From positions 69,056 through 133,055 of IMG/VR virus record IMGVR_UViG_3300025860_000003: 64,000 nucleotides of DNA, one strand, 5' to 3'. The position numbers and the translations under genes are program-made. Positions 10,386-20,500 of the stretch are shown one piece after another (position 1 is the stretch's first letter; each line of letters opens with the position of its first letter). The stretch is from a virus. The notes under the pieces are model-generated. The model did not search any database. It had not been told where the DNA came from and was given only the letters and a program-made list of their open reading frames with translations.

Positions 10386-10730
10386 CTACTCTGGATGGCG
10401 GTCTTCTACTTCTACAAAATTGCCATCTTCGTCTATAATATATGGTGTAGGAGCCGCAACTGCATTTTCTATAATATAGTCTCTGTAACTGTCTCTAAAT
10501 TGTTCTGTCCAATTTTCAGCTCGGTGTGCAGAAACTGCATCATACACGACCTGCAAGCCCCGACACCGCTCAAGGTTCCACTCGATTAAGTCATCAGTCA
10601 ATGGTGCGAATATTATAGCTTCTGCTACAGAGGAAAAGCAATCATATTCCGTTTCGAATGTGATACTCAGTTGCTTGAATTGATCGTCGAGAACTTCAGA
10701 AGATGTGATGGTGCACGATATCGGTATCAT
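10386..10730 (-). CDS. hypothetical acidic protein, possibly fibre-associated
   Basis: 114-aa ORF with ATGA coupling to the upstream gene. Confidence 0.65.
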   Translation of the reverse strand: MIPISCTITSSEVLDDQFKQLSITFETEYDCFSSVAEAIIFAPLTDDLIEWNLERCRGLQVVYDAVSAHRAENWTEQFRDSYRDYIIENAVAAPTPYIIDEDGNFVEVEDRHPE

Positions 10731-12670
10731 GGCTCTATATACCTCATTACTGAAATTTGGTTGTCTGTAGAAATTGGAGGATATATTTGTGTCTGTCCAT
10801 AACCCCCGAAGTATGTGTTTGGCGGCTTTTGGTCACGATATGCATATGTCGTGTAAGTGCCAGCAGCTGTGCCCCACAGTTTGGGATTAGATTTGTCATG
10901 TATAGACTGTACACTCATCCTACACCCACCACTGTACTGTAGCCATTGATTAGTGCCAGAAAACTGGTGCGCCTTTACGTTGGGAGTTGTCCTACTGGAG
11001 ATCAATCTTGCGAGACCAGAAGGTGTACTCCTGCCTTCTCGCCATTGCTGCGATGAACCAGACTGATGATCAGATGCTGTCATATGCAATACAATATCAC
11101 CATATTTGCATGGATATGAAAGAACATCCCTATAACCATAAGACTCATCTGAAAAGACGGTAGGTCTGTTTCCGTTTCTTAGATAGTGTCCACCCGACCC
11201 AGTCAAGTCTGCAGGTTCCCATTTTCCTGGAAGAACCAAAAGGCTAGATGAATTCCACCAATTGGGATCCAGATCCTTATGCTGCGACTTAACGCGAGCA
11301 AGATCAGAATATGGGATGTCTAAGTGGATATAACTAAACTCGCTGTGCCCCATCTCGTCCATATTATTGGAGCCAATGTCATATTGTCTTTCGGGGTTCT
11401 GAGCATATATACCAAGACTTCTATCCGCATACCACCCTTGCATAGAGATTAGTTTTGTTGCTTCATCGCTGCCACCTAGAGTGAAGTCTGTAAGTCCCGC
11501 AAGATAGTCACCAGCTGAAAGTCTGTCAAGCTCGAGATTATTATTAATGTGCGAGACGAATTCATTGATTTTTAATTGAGTCAGAACATTTGAAGAGGTA
11601 GAAGTCTCGCCACTTGGACGCAATCTAGCGTGATGGAATACAAGAGTGGTGTGTTTAGTATTTCTTGTCTTTTCGTGGTGGTGTCGATATCCCGAAGAAC
11701 CTAGAGTAGATGGGCTTGATGTACCCTTTCGAATTCCAAAGTTATAAGTTGTGATTGGGCGTCTGGTCGGTTCATTCACTAAATTCTGACCCTTGAAATC
11801 AAGGTCATCATCTATCGCACCCACAACATCGAAGATACCATCATATGGATCTGCAACAAAGTCATTCCTAGCACGTTCTTGGCTGGTGAAATTATTCGCT
11901 GCGAGATAACCCATCAATGACGGGATCTCCCATTGTTTGAGATTCTTCCCTTTATTTCTGAAGTCTGAGAACTTTATCGTGTTTCCATGTGTAGGTATTT
12001 CGTGCGTTGACTCTATCGCAAAGAACACATTGTTCGCTTCACCGCGAGGGACATCCATTTTTTGCATAAACTTTTCGGACGTATCCTCGACTACACCACC
12101 ATCGATAACCATTCCTGGAGCTATATCTTGATAAGTTGCAATTTTCTCCTTCAAGAAATAATTTGCATCAACCACACCATTAGCATGGTTTGTTATATCA
12201 TACAACCCGCCGCTTGTGTAGTGAGAAACCTCGGTAGTGTCTGCTAATCCTCTAGAAAACGCGCCTCTAAAATCGCCATAAAAACCATTTTCAGGCTGGC
12301 CAGCACCAGCAGGATGCGTAGTCTTACCAACGGTCAAGCCATTTTGATAGTCGCGCAGAATAGTCGCGTATTTACTTCCTTCTGGTTTAGACGCATCGTA
12401 CCTGAGAATGAACCGCGATTCACTAAAGGTATTAGTATCATATTTGTCTGACGCAAAACTTGCATCAGACGTCAATCCTCTATAAAAGCCACTTAGATAT
12501 GCTTGGGAATGAGTTTGGTTGGTGTGTTGGGTGTAATTATTAGCGAAGCCGAACTCATCTAAAAGACCATTATGGTATTCAAACGAATTATCTGAGTTGG
12601 TGTTGGCCACAGTAACCGTTTTCTTAAATCGGATACTCTTGTGACTTGATGATGATGGAAATATCGGCAT
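10727..12670 (-). CDS. putative distal adhesin / receptor-binding protein
   Basis: 647 aa. EFG...LSGFYRG...IPTHGNTIKFSDF resembles the N-terminal attachment motif of gp38-like fibre-tip adhesins. Lies in the fibre island. Confidence 0.5.
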   Translation of the reverse strand: MPIFPSSSSHKSIRFKKTVTVANTNSDNSFEYHNGLLDEFGFANNYTQHTNQTHSQAYLSGFYRGLTSDASFASDKYDTNTFSESRFILRYDASKPEGSKYATILRDYQNGLTVGKTTHPAGAGQPENGFYGDFRGAFSRGLADTTEVSHYTSGGLYDITNHANGVVDANYFLKEKIATYQDIAPGMVIDGGVVEDTSEKFMQKMDVPRGEANNVFFAIESTHEIPTHGNTIKFSDFRNKGKNLKQWEIPSLMGYLAANNFTSQERARNDFVADPYDGIFDVVGAIDDDLDFKGQNLVNEPTRRPITTYNFGIRKGTSSPSTLGSSGYRHHHEKTRNTKHTTLVFHHARLRPSGETSTSSNVLTQLKINEFVSHINNNLELDRLSAGDYLAGLTDFTLGGSDEATKLISMQGWYADRSLGIYAQNPERQYDIGSNNMDEMGHSEFSYIHLDIPYSDLARVKSQHKDLDPNWWNSSSLLVLPGKWEPADLTGSGGHYLRNGNRPTVFSDESYGYRDVLSYPCKYGDIVLHMTASDHQSGSSQQWREGRSTPSGLARLISSRTTPNVKAHQFSGTNQWLQYSGGCRMSVQSIHDKSNPKLWGTAAGTYTTYAYRDQKPPNTYFGGYGQTQIYPPISTDNQISVMRYIEP

Positions 12671-12685
12671 TATTATTTTCCTATC

Positions 12686-13018
12686 TTATTCTTCTTGCAG
12701 CCAAGGCAAATCTCTAGCTACTGGTGCGCTTTGCTTCATTTCAATGATACCATCGACCATAGCCTTGATTCTATTAGCGTCTTCTTCAGATATATTCTGT
12801 TCTATCCACCCAACCACAGTAGCTGCTTCTAAAGAATCAAAGGCTATGGTTGTTTCTGTGATAGATGGGTCGATCTCAGTATTGTAGGCGATATGCGCTA
12901 CTGTACCGTCATCAGCAGTAGCTACATATCTCCAGTTTATGTTACAGACCAAACCCGCTGTATCATCAACAGTTTTAGTGTCAAGATAAGTAATGTCGTA
13001 ATAGTATTCGGTTGCCAT
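12686..13018 (-). CDS. small tail-fibre-associated protein
   Basis: VCNINWRY..., IAFDSL...VVGWI...LPW pattern of a kind often seen next to fibre genes. Preceded by a late promoter. Confidence 0.6.
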   Translation of the reverse strand: MATEYYYDITYLDTKTVDDTAGLVCNINWRYVATADDGTVAHIAYNTEIDPSITETTIAFDSLEAATVVGWIEQNISEEDANRIKAMVDGIIEMKQSAPVARDLPWLQEE

Positions 13019-13056
13019 GTAATTTCCTGCGATTAATTATATTCTAAGTTATGAAC

Positions 13057-13064
13057 TATTTATA
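13057..13064 (-). promoter_or_regulatory. late promoter TATAAATA
   Basis: Exact consensus, intergenic. Confidence 0.78.
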
Positions 13065-13077
13065 AGGAATACACTTC

Positions 13078-14205
13078 CTATATTTTGATTTTTTGCTTTT
13101 TCATCTTTGTTGCTGGTATAGACCCGCTTTGTATGCACTTCTCCATTAAAGATTCCTGAGTAGAGTTTGATGGGTGTTTCACAAACATTCTATCACCAGC
13201 ATCATTGTATGCGACCCAAACATATTCACCAACCACCCCATATACTTCTGCTGAATATTCTACTGGATAATCGACTTCTAATTCTGGAAGATAAAATGAC
13301 TTAGCGAGTACACCCTCCCTTTCCATATCACTAACCTTTGCATTGTATGCGTACATCCAATTGAAATTATTAGAACCAAACCCAGAAACATTACAAACAA
13401 CTCCTGGGATACTATTATCATATATGTATGTTGGTGTCAATTCATCTGTACATACCATGTCAAGCCTGCCGTGATATGCTTCATTCTTGAGTGTTAGGTA
13501 TTGAATCGTATCTTCCCCTATAAGAATATCCTCAATGAATGGAACCTTTGCAGCCTTTCTTGAGTACCACGTCACCCTGCAATGTGCTTCAGTCTTCTCC
13601 GAATACAGTGCTTGCTTTCTATAGTATTTCTTTTGCTCAACTATCTCTCTATATGAAACTGATTTACTGGGCAACACTGAGTCTAGATGATCTGTGTTTT
13701 GTATGAGATGGTCAGACGGTCTGGTGAATGGGAATTGAGGTTTGACATACAGGTCTTCTTCTGTTAGTGAATCAACGCCACCTTCCTCAACTTTCCTGCG
13801 AATCAAATCGTGTTTTTTAGCGTCAACAACCAAAGCAACTTGATTGTATAAACAAATACAATCTGGGGGCGATTCTGTATTGGATATATGTTTGTACATC
13901 CATACGCCATGCGGTGTTAAGTAGTCGTCGCCGTCAATCAAAACAAAGTGATCGTCATCCTTACTGAGGAATATGTCTAGAACACTATTCTTTCCCTTTC
14001 CAGCAGATCCATTAGACTCTGTTATGTAGTATTCTATGCCCTCAGCCTCACACCACTCCGATGCACTTTCGACATAGGTTTTATTTAGACTGTTTATGAC
14101 TACAACAAGATCTTCCTTTTCGATCCCACTAGCGTTGGGATCAACGTGTCTTTTGAGTCTATCTAATCTCCTAGTTGTGAGGACATAAAATTTAAACTTA
14201 GCCAT
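13078..14205 (-). CDS. GT-A fold (GT2-like) glycosyltransferase
   Basis: SNGSAGKGKNSVL, FVLIDGDDYL (DxD) and IGED motifs. TAATG-coupled to the upstream enzyme. Confidence 0.75.
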   Translation of the reverse strand: MAKFKFYVLTTRRLDRLKRHVDPNASGIEKEDLVVVINSLNKTYVESASEWCEAEGIEYYITESNGSAGKGKNSVLDIFLSKDDDHFVLIDGDDYLTPHGVWMYKHISNTESPPDCICLYNQVALVVDAKKHDLIRRKVEEGGVDSLTEEDLYVKPQFPFTRPSDHLIQNTDHLDSVLPSKSVSYREIVEQKKYYRKQALYSEKTEAHCRVTWYSRKAAKVPFIEDILIGEDTIQYLTLKNEAYHGRLDMVCTDELTPTYIYDNSIPGVVCNVSGFGSNNFNWMYAYNAKVSDMEREGVLAKSFYLPELEVDYPVEYSAEVYGVVGEYVWVAYNDAGDRMFVKHPSNSTQESLMEKCIQSGSIPATKMKKQKIKI

Positions 14206-16076
14206 TAATTCATGTCACCTTGGTATCTTGATGTCCACATAGTTAAGCTGTACTTGACACCTTTTTGGAGTTCCATACACTCATGTCCGTGTGTCACCAT
14301 TCCAGGAAATAGTATGCAGCGACCGACAGCAATATCTTTATTCGATATATTTTGTCTGTGGAACAATAGATCAGCGCCTTCATAGTCGTCATTCAATTTT
14401 ACTGACCCTGTAACCAAACTTGCGTCTGTGTGGTGGCTCAAGCTAGTCTGTGTGTCCATAGCATACCGCATAACAAAGGCATCACGCAAGCCATACATCT
14501 GCATCGGACGCCAATATTGTTCAATAATCGGATAGAGATTTTTCTCCCAATGCCTTTCTAGTGTTTGGAACATACCAAGTTCTTTCATGCGTATTTCTTG
14601 TGCTGGAAATTTGTCTCCAGGAAGTGGTTCCCATGCGCCATTTCTATCAGCGACATCAATTAAATCTTCACACTGCGTTTGTGTCATAAAGTCACAAACC
14701 AGCATATCCGTGTCTATAATGTCAACATGCTTGAATGCAGGCAAGTATAGCATTGGAGTGACTTGCTTCACCGATCGCACCATACCATCAAAATGTGTCT
14801 TAGCCTCGTTTCCTCCATTACCATGATAGATACATGAATATGCGTTGGTTATAGGATTGAAGACTTTCTTCTGATCATACTCGAAATATGTATCTGTGTC
14901 ATGTGTCTGGAAGATATAACACTCATTATCAAGAGCAATGTCATATTTGCCAGACAGAAACGCTTTTTGGTAGAAGAGCTGATCATCTTCATACTCAGCA
15001 ATCTCGCTATCTGCGACAATACGCTTCAATTCGTCAACGCGACCGATGAACGTTCCGCTGTTCAAGTATTTGTATTTCGTGTCGCACTGCGGAAACTTAT
15101 CCGCAAGGCTCTTATCTGGCCAAATGTATTGTTCTGCTGAGAATACAACTTTCTTCTTGAACCCAAGGTATCGTCTTGTTATTTCTTGGATGTCTGCATT
15201 GTAAATAACATCATATGCGTCTGTGAACAAAACAACATCACTATCAGGCAGTGTGTTGAGATACTCACGAAATATAGTCACCTTGTGCCCACCACCTGCT
15301 CCTGACATGTCAGTGCCTTTCCACTCAACATTGGTTCCTAGATTTTTAGGGTATACGCTATGCAACGCTGCGCTATCATTTAGCGGGATACACTTCTTAC
15401 GATCAGTCCCTATTGTGACGGGATGGGTTTTAAAATCAACGAACCAGCCGCTGTCTTCTTCCTTCTCAATATCGGTATGTAATACCGTTCTACATTCTTG
15501 CTTCACAACATCTGTTTTCAGCGCCACAGCATTCAGATCCACTAATCTGGAGCAGAGATAATCGTCTGTTGGTATGATGTCGTGCATGAATTTAGCGTCA
15601 GAAAGAACCTTTGCTGTTTCTGGAGTGATCACATACGCATGAGCATTATATGGATGATTCGGGACAACCAACTTACTGTCAATAGATTTTGCTAGATCAG
15701 GAGTTTGTTCGATGTGTCCTAAGAATATGATACCGTAACTATTCGTCAGGTCTTCTACATATTCTTCATCATATCCATCAAGAAAGACTGCATCATCTTC
15801 TAATACTAGAACAGGCTCGCCTAGTTTGATGCAGGACAACCACGCTTCTCTGTGCGATAAGAAACAGCCAACTTCACCGTGGTTTATTGTTCTGTTGAAG
15901 AATGGATCCCGCCAACCAGACTTGGTCGACATATTGAATTGTTTGAGTGTTTGATGAGTGACTTCCTTTCCGTCTATAGCTTGAATCCACGAGACATCAC
16001 CTATATGACTATTCTTATCTAGAAAGTTTATTTTGCGGTCTGCTCTCCGATCAAGATTGATCACCAACTTCTTCAT
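14205..16076 (-). CDS. three-domain fusion: GT25 glycosyltransferase + PLOD-like glycosyltransferase domain + lysyl-hydroxylase-like 2OG-Fe(II) dioxygenase
   Basis: GT25 motifs: VINLDRRADR, AIDG, GEVGCFLSH, VLEDD. PLOD-GT motifs: GGGHKV, VLFTDAYDV, VFSAE..WPD..LA, YLNSGTFIG, DDQLFY, IFQ, HGNG. Hydroxylase motifs: FVMRY...SLSHHTDAS, DYEG, FPGMVTHGHE. Confidence 0.88.
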   Translation of the reverse strand: MKKLVINLDRRADRKINFLDKNSHIGDVSWIQAIDGKEVTHQTLKQFNMSTKSGWRDPFFNRTINHGEVGCFLSHREAWLSCIKLGEPVLVLEDDAVFLDGYDEEYVEDLTNSYGIIFLGHIEQTPDLAKSIDSKLVVPNHPYNAHAYVITPETAKVLSDAKFMHDIIPTDDYLCSRLVDLNAVALKTDVVKQECRTVLHTDIEKEEDSGWFVDFKTHPVTIGTDRKKCIPLNDSAALHSVYPKNLGTNVEWKGTDMSGAGGGHKVTIFREYLNTLPDSDVVLFTDAYDVIYNADIQEITRRYLGFKKKVVFSAEQYIWPDKSLADKFPQCDTKYKYLNSGTFIGRVDELKRIVADSEIAEYEDDQLFYQKAFLSGKYDIALDNECYIFQTHDTDTYFEYDQKKVFNPITNAYSCIYHGNGGNEAKTHFDGMVRSVKQVTPMLYLPAFKHVDIIDTDMLVCDFMTQTQCEDLIDVADRNGAWEPLPGDKFPAQEIRMKELGMFQTLERHWEKNLYPIIEQYWRPMQMYGLRDAFVMRYAMDTQTSLSHHTDASLVTGSVKLNDDYEGADLLFHRQNISNKDIAVGRCILFPGMVTHGHECMELQKGVKYSLTMWTSRYQGDMN

Positions 16077-16116
16077 TCTCTACCCCATAATAATTGTGTG
16101 TATCAGTTTTGTATTA

Positions 16117-16124
16117 TATTTAGG
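16117..16124 (-). promoter_or_regulatory. variant late promoter CCTAAATA
   Basis: TAAATA core about 40 nt upstream of the GT25/hydroxylase start. The same variant occurs at 46138 (+) and 60364 (-). Confidence 0.5.
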
Positions 16125-16142
16125 AGCGGTCGTAGAATTACA

Positions 16143-16448
16143 TTACCTGATGAATGTGTGCAGACTATTCAAAGCTGTCAACAATTCCCCTGCTTCAAAT
16201 TTATTATCATCAATTGGTGTGTTATCTCTGTGTGTTATAGATATTTTTGGATACTCTGTAAACTCGGGGAAGAGTGTTTGTGATTCACTTTCAGTGAAAT
16301 CTGCGCCCAAATTAAGAACAGTAACATCAAACTTGTACAACGACCAAGGATATTTTCTATCAACAAGCCAATTGTCTACAGTTGCGGACGCAGAATCAAC
16401 ACCAGTTGAGTTGGCATCGCTATATATTTTTATCTTTATTTCACTCAT
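16143..16448 (-). CDS. hypothetical protein
   Basis: 101-aa ORF at the end of the fibre operon. Confidence 0.6.
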   Translation of the reverse strand: MSEIKIKIYSDANSTGVDSASATVDNWLVDRKYPWSLYKFDVTVLNLGADFTESESQTLFPEFTEYPKISITHRDNTPIDDNKFEAGELLTALNSLHTFIR

Positions 16449-16461
16449 TATGTTCTCTGAA

Positions 16462-17529
16462 TTAGTCGTGGAATGTTACATATGGTGCAAATACTTGCAG
16501 ACCGCCACTCAGTACTGAAGGGTTGGCAGGATCGTGCAGGTCATTGTCACCTTCATGCATGTACGAGCAGTTTTCCGCAAAGTACATGGCGAAGCCTAGT
16601 TTCCTGCTAGTTCCTGTCTCTAGCGTGATTGTCGCTTCAATGTCTGTCCATTGCTCAATGTTGTCTTGATCTATTAGTAGTGATTCAGTAGCGGTGGTTG
16701 TGGTTTGGTTGGTGTAGAATGGCGCATTTGTACTAGTCGATTGAGGGGTGTTTGACATTCCTGTCCAATTATACTTTCCAGGATCTCCAGTCAAATCACC
16801 TGTCGGAAGAGTGTAAGATGCGTCAGTGTGTTTAATTCTGATGTAGTGCACCTTTTTATCTAGCCCAGTCGCATTCTCAGACCAAACATAAAAGCCTGCA
16901 AAATTCAATTCTCTCAGTTTATCTCCCGCAGGAATTCGCACTTTAGCTCCGAACTTAGCGGTTGTCTTGCCGTCTGGAATTGTCAGAGTCTGGAACCACT
17001 CCGTAACATTAGTCCACAATCCGACATTAGTCATAGCAGTGCTGCTGTCGATCGTGGATAATGTTGTGTGCGTAACCATCCTTGTCTTCGTTAAATTAGT
17101 GTATTTTCCGTTTTGAGAAGCACCTCTATCCGCATCATTGTTGGTGAAACTGCCTGTCGCCGAACCTGCGAACAGAGTGGCAGAACCATATATTATCAGA
17201 GGGTTTGGTATATCAATGCCTTCACCAAAATCTGTAACCGTATATCCAGGATTGTCCGTTATCTGCAGATTGCCCATGTATGTGTAATACTGATTGGTTG
17301 CGATTATTAGCGGTGAGTAATGTCTCCATGCGGGAACAGATGTATTGACGCCATTACTGATGGTGGTTGATGTGGTGGCGTTGACAAGCCTGTTGACACC
17401 GTTGTAATTAAACCCTACAGGATAAAAGCTGCCATGTGCCCAGAGAGGATTCTCTAGTACATTATCTGCGCTAGATACTGGAGGCACAAGGTTGTTTGGG
17501 GCAGTTGATACAACTGCGCTACTAAACAT
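16462..17529 (-). CDS. hypothetical virion/fibre-associated protein, possible carbohydrate-binding beta-sandwich
   Basis: 355 aa, rich in Thr, Asn and aromatic residues. TAATG-coupled to the fibre gene. Confidence 0.55.
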   Translation of the reverse strand: MFSSAVVSTAPNNLVPPVSSADNVLENPLWAHGSFYPVGFNYNGVNRLVNATTSTTISNGVNTSVPAWRHYSPLIIATNQYYTYMGNLQITDNPGYTVTDFGEGIDIPNPLIIYGSATLFAGSATGSFTNNDADRGASQNGKYTNLTKTRMVTHTTLSTIDSSTAMTNVGLWTNVTEWFQTLTIPDGKTTAKFGAKVRIPAGDKLRELNFAGFYVWSENATGLDKKVHYIRIKHTDASYTLPTGDLTGDPGKYNWTGMSNTPQSTSTNAPFYTNQTTTTATESLLIDQDNIEQWTDIEATITLETGTSRKLGFAMYFAENCSYMHEGDNDLHDPANPSVLSGGLQVFAPYVTFHD

Positions 17530-20500
17530 TATTGTATGCCTGAACCGAAACAGCTATATACGTTTTCTGCTGTACACACAATCTCAATAATTCCACCTTT
17601 TTGAATAGCTATTGAAGCTGCCGTGAGAGGACTTGCTCCCAACACCAACCTGCTAAAAACGCTATTTGTATTTCTGCTGATCGTTACTGTTGATGTTCCT
17701 GCATTGACTAATGTGTAAGTGACACCCACATCAGCAGCTGGACAATCATCTAATGTCCATGCACTAGCGGTTGCGCCATTGTATACAAGTTTTCTTCCGC
17801 TGTGCGTAGCCTTATTAATGCTGGCCACTGTGCCACTACCAATAATAAGGGCAAGTTGACTGCCTTGAAATGAGTCGCCAGTAATAGCTCCTGCTGTAAG
17901 AGCACCAGTGCCAATGTCTATACTAGTAAACCCAGAAGTAATAGAACCAGAATTAAGCGCACCAGTTGTAACGATATTACTAGAACCTGCGAATGTGCTT
18001 ATCGCAGAATTCTCAACATTGTCCAAAGATAAGTCTGATTTCAATTCAGCATAAGTTCTGCCTTTGACATTAGTGGTGCCCATCAATAAGACATCATTAG
18101 TTACTAGAGCTTCTTCAGATTTTAATGCGTTACCGCTCGCTTTACCGAAAGTAAGAGCGCCTTGAGCGCCGATATCAGATAATACTTGAGCATCAGTTCG
18201 ACTAACAAGACCTTCGGATGTGAATTGGGCAAACTCCCCACTAACAGGAGTGCCATCAGCCACAAGACTATTTGTGTCAGCTATGCCAAAGGAGAGAGGC
18301 GCTTGCTTTGCATTCCAAGTATCTGCGCTAGAGATATATGTGTCTGTGATTGCTGTGCCATTCCACACACCAGTTCCAATAGTGCCAACACTTGTCAGTG
18401 ACGAAGCAAGCACAGTAGAACCTAGAGTTGTTTGGTTCAACACTTCATTAGCATTGATTCTAAATGTTTTTGCAGAAGCTAATTCTAAATGCTCTGAAGA
18501 TGTCCATGAATCAGTTGAGTCGACCCAGTTAAGTGTCTTATCAGTTGTGCCTTTAAGAGTTATGCCGCCACCATCAGCAGTGGTGTCTGTCGGTGTGGCT
18601 ACGCTCCCGAGAACAATGTTCTTATCATCAACACTTAATGTTGTGGAGTTGATTACAGTTTCTGTACCATTTACTGTAAGATCGCCAGTTACGACTAGAT
18701 CTCCCGATACCGATGCGTCGCCGTTTACTGCGAGGTCTGTAAGATCTAATGCATTTTCAGTTCCCCCCACCCCTATAGTAACAGTTCCAGGTTCTAGTAC
18801 CATTACATTTTTTGGGTTTGGAGTATCTATTGACCAATTGGTAGCACCAGCTTTCGTGACCTCAAAAACCATTTGGCCAGCTATAGCTGATTCAGTACAG
18901 TTAGTAAACTTGCTAAAGATTCTGCCAGATGGCTTATATGATTCGACGTTGGAATTGTCAGTATCAATAGCAACGCCGTAAAAGGGAATTACTCCCGTAA
19001 ACTCTGTGGAAGATGTAGTCAGCCCGCTTGCAATGGTTTTTGAATTAAAGAAATTAAGGTATGGCGATGCCCCGTTAATTATATTGGATTGAGCAGCCTG
19101 CACAACATTAACGTTGATACTTTCGCCAGCAAACTCAGTAGATGTGGCAGAAGACCCAACAGTTGTTAGATGTGTTAGAGAAGCATTTACAGCAAACGAT
19201 GCATGGTCTGCCGTTTCTGCGGTGGTGTTTGCAACAAATGTCAGACCTGTGTTTGCGAGAATATATGTCGGTGGTCTGGTCCAAAAACCTGCTTTATTTA
19301 ATACTAGCTCTGGGTCTTCTCCAGCAGCACCACCAAGGTTTGCAAATGCTGCGCCAGTAGATAAGCTGAATACTGTTGTATTCAGGTCTAGCCCAGTTCC
19401 TGCTGTATATTCTGTATTGTTATCGGAAGGAGCAACCCAAGAGCCATCCTTTGCTAATAATAAAGATTCATCATCGCCCGATGCACCACCAAGGTTTGTA
19501 AGTGCCGCATTGATACCAAGTGTGATTGTATCATTAAGGGCAACATTGGATGAGGCAATAACGTTGATGCCAGTACCGCCAGAATACTGCTTAACTGAAT
19601 GCCAACCACCATCCTTTCTCAAGAAAGTGTGGAATAGAGGCTTGTCAGTCGTTTCTGGGTCCAAACCGCTGTAGTCAGTTCCATCACCACCAAGGTTTGT
19701 AAGTGATGCGCCAGTAGATAAGCTGAACTCAGTTCCATCTAATGTAAGACCAGTACCGCTAGTGTATGTTGTGTCTACAGGAGTAGACCACGCACCATCA
19801 TTGCGCAAGAATGTTGTTGTGCTGCTGCCGCCTGTCAAATTACTTAGCGCAGCTCCGTCAGATAATGAGATAGTATTTGTGTCGAGATCTATCCCTGTTC
19901 CAGCAATTAGAGCAGTTTTTGATATTGATATTGCAGCGTCTGATTTGATATCAGCATTAATAATTGAATCGGAAGATATTGATGAAACACCACCAGCAGT
20001 GAATGTCACATCTCCAGTGATAGATTTATTATCCCAAGTATCAGTTCCATCATATATTAAGAATTGTCCAGCAACTGGGCTGGCAATGCTGGTGTCATTC
20101 AGTGAACTTATAGAGGATGTCGCATCTACATAAGCCTTTACAGACTGTGATGTAGGGACATTAGTTGCTGTTGCTGTTCCGAAACTATCATCATCGATGA
20201 AGTCTGTTATTGTTAAAGCGCCTGTCCCACTAAATCCATCGGCTTCTACTGTTCCTGCTACATCAACATCTGCTGTAATGAGAACATTGTCCGTATCAAC
20301 CCTTTTGATCGTCGCATCATCAATCCACTTACTTGTAGCATTATCATACACTAGCAGAGAACCGTCGACAGGATTGGTGATATTAACCTCATCAATATAG
20401 TCGATTGCACCAGCTCGCGTAACTTCTTGAGTTACTGTCACTTGTCCTTGAACTAATCTTGTGCGCTTATCAGCACCAGATGTGATCTCAACATCATAGA

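Noticed and set aside
13078-16076. DNA hypermodification enzymes (TET-like oxygenase + base glycosyltransferase)
   Set aside because: Motifs match PLOD and GT25 rather than TET/JBP or T4 AGT/BGT, and the genes sit in a late fibre island. Considered less likely, not formally excluded.
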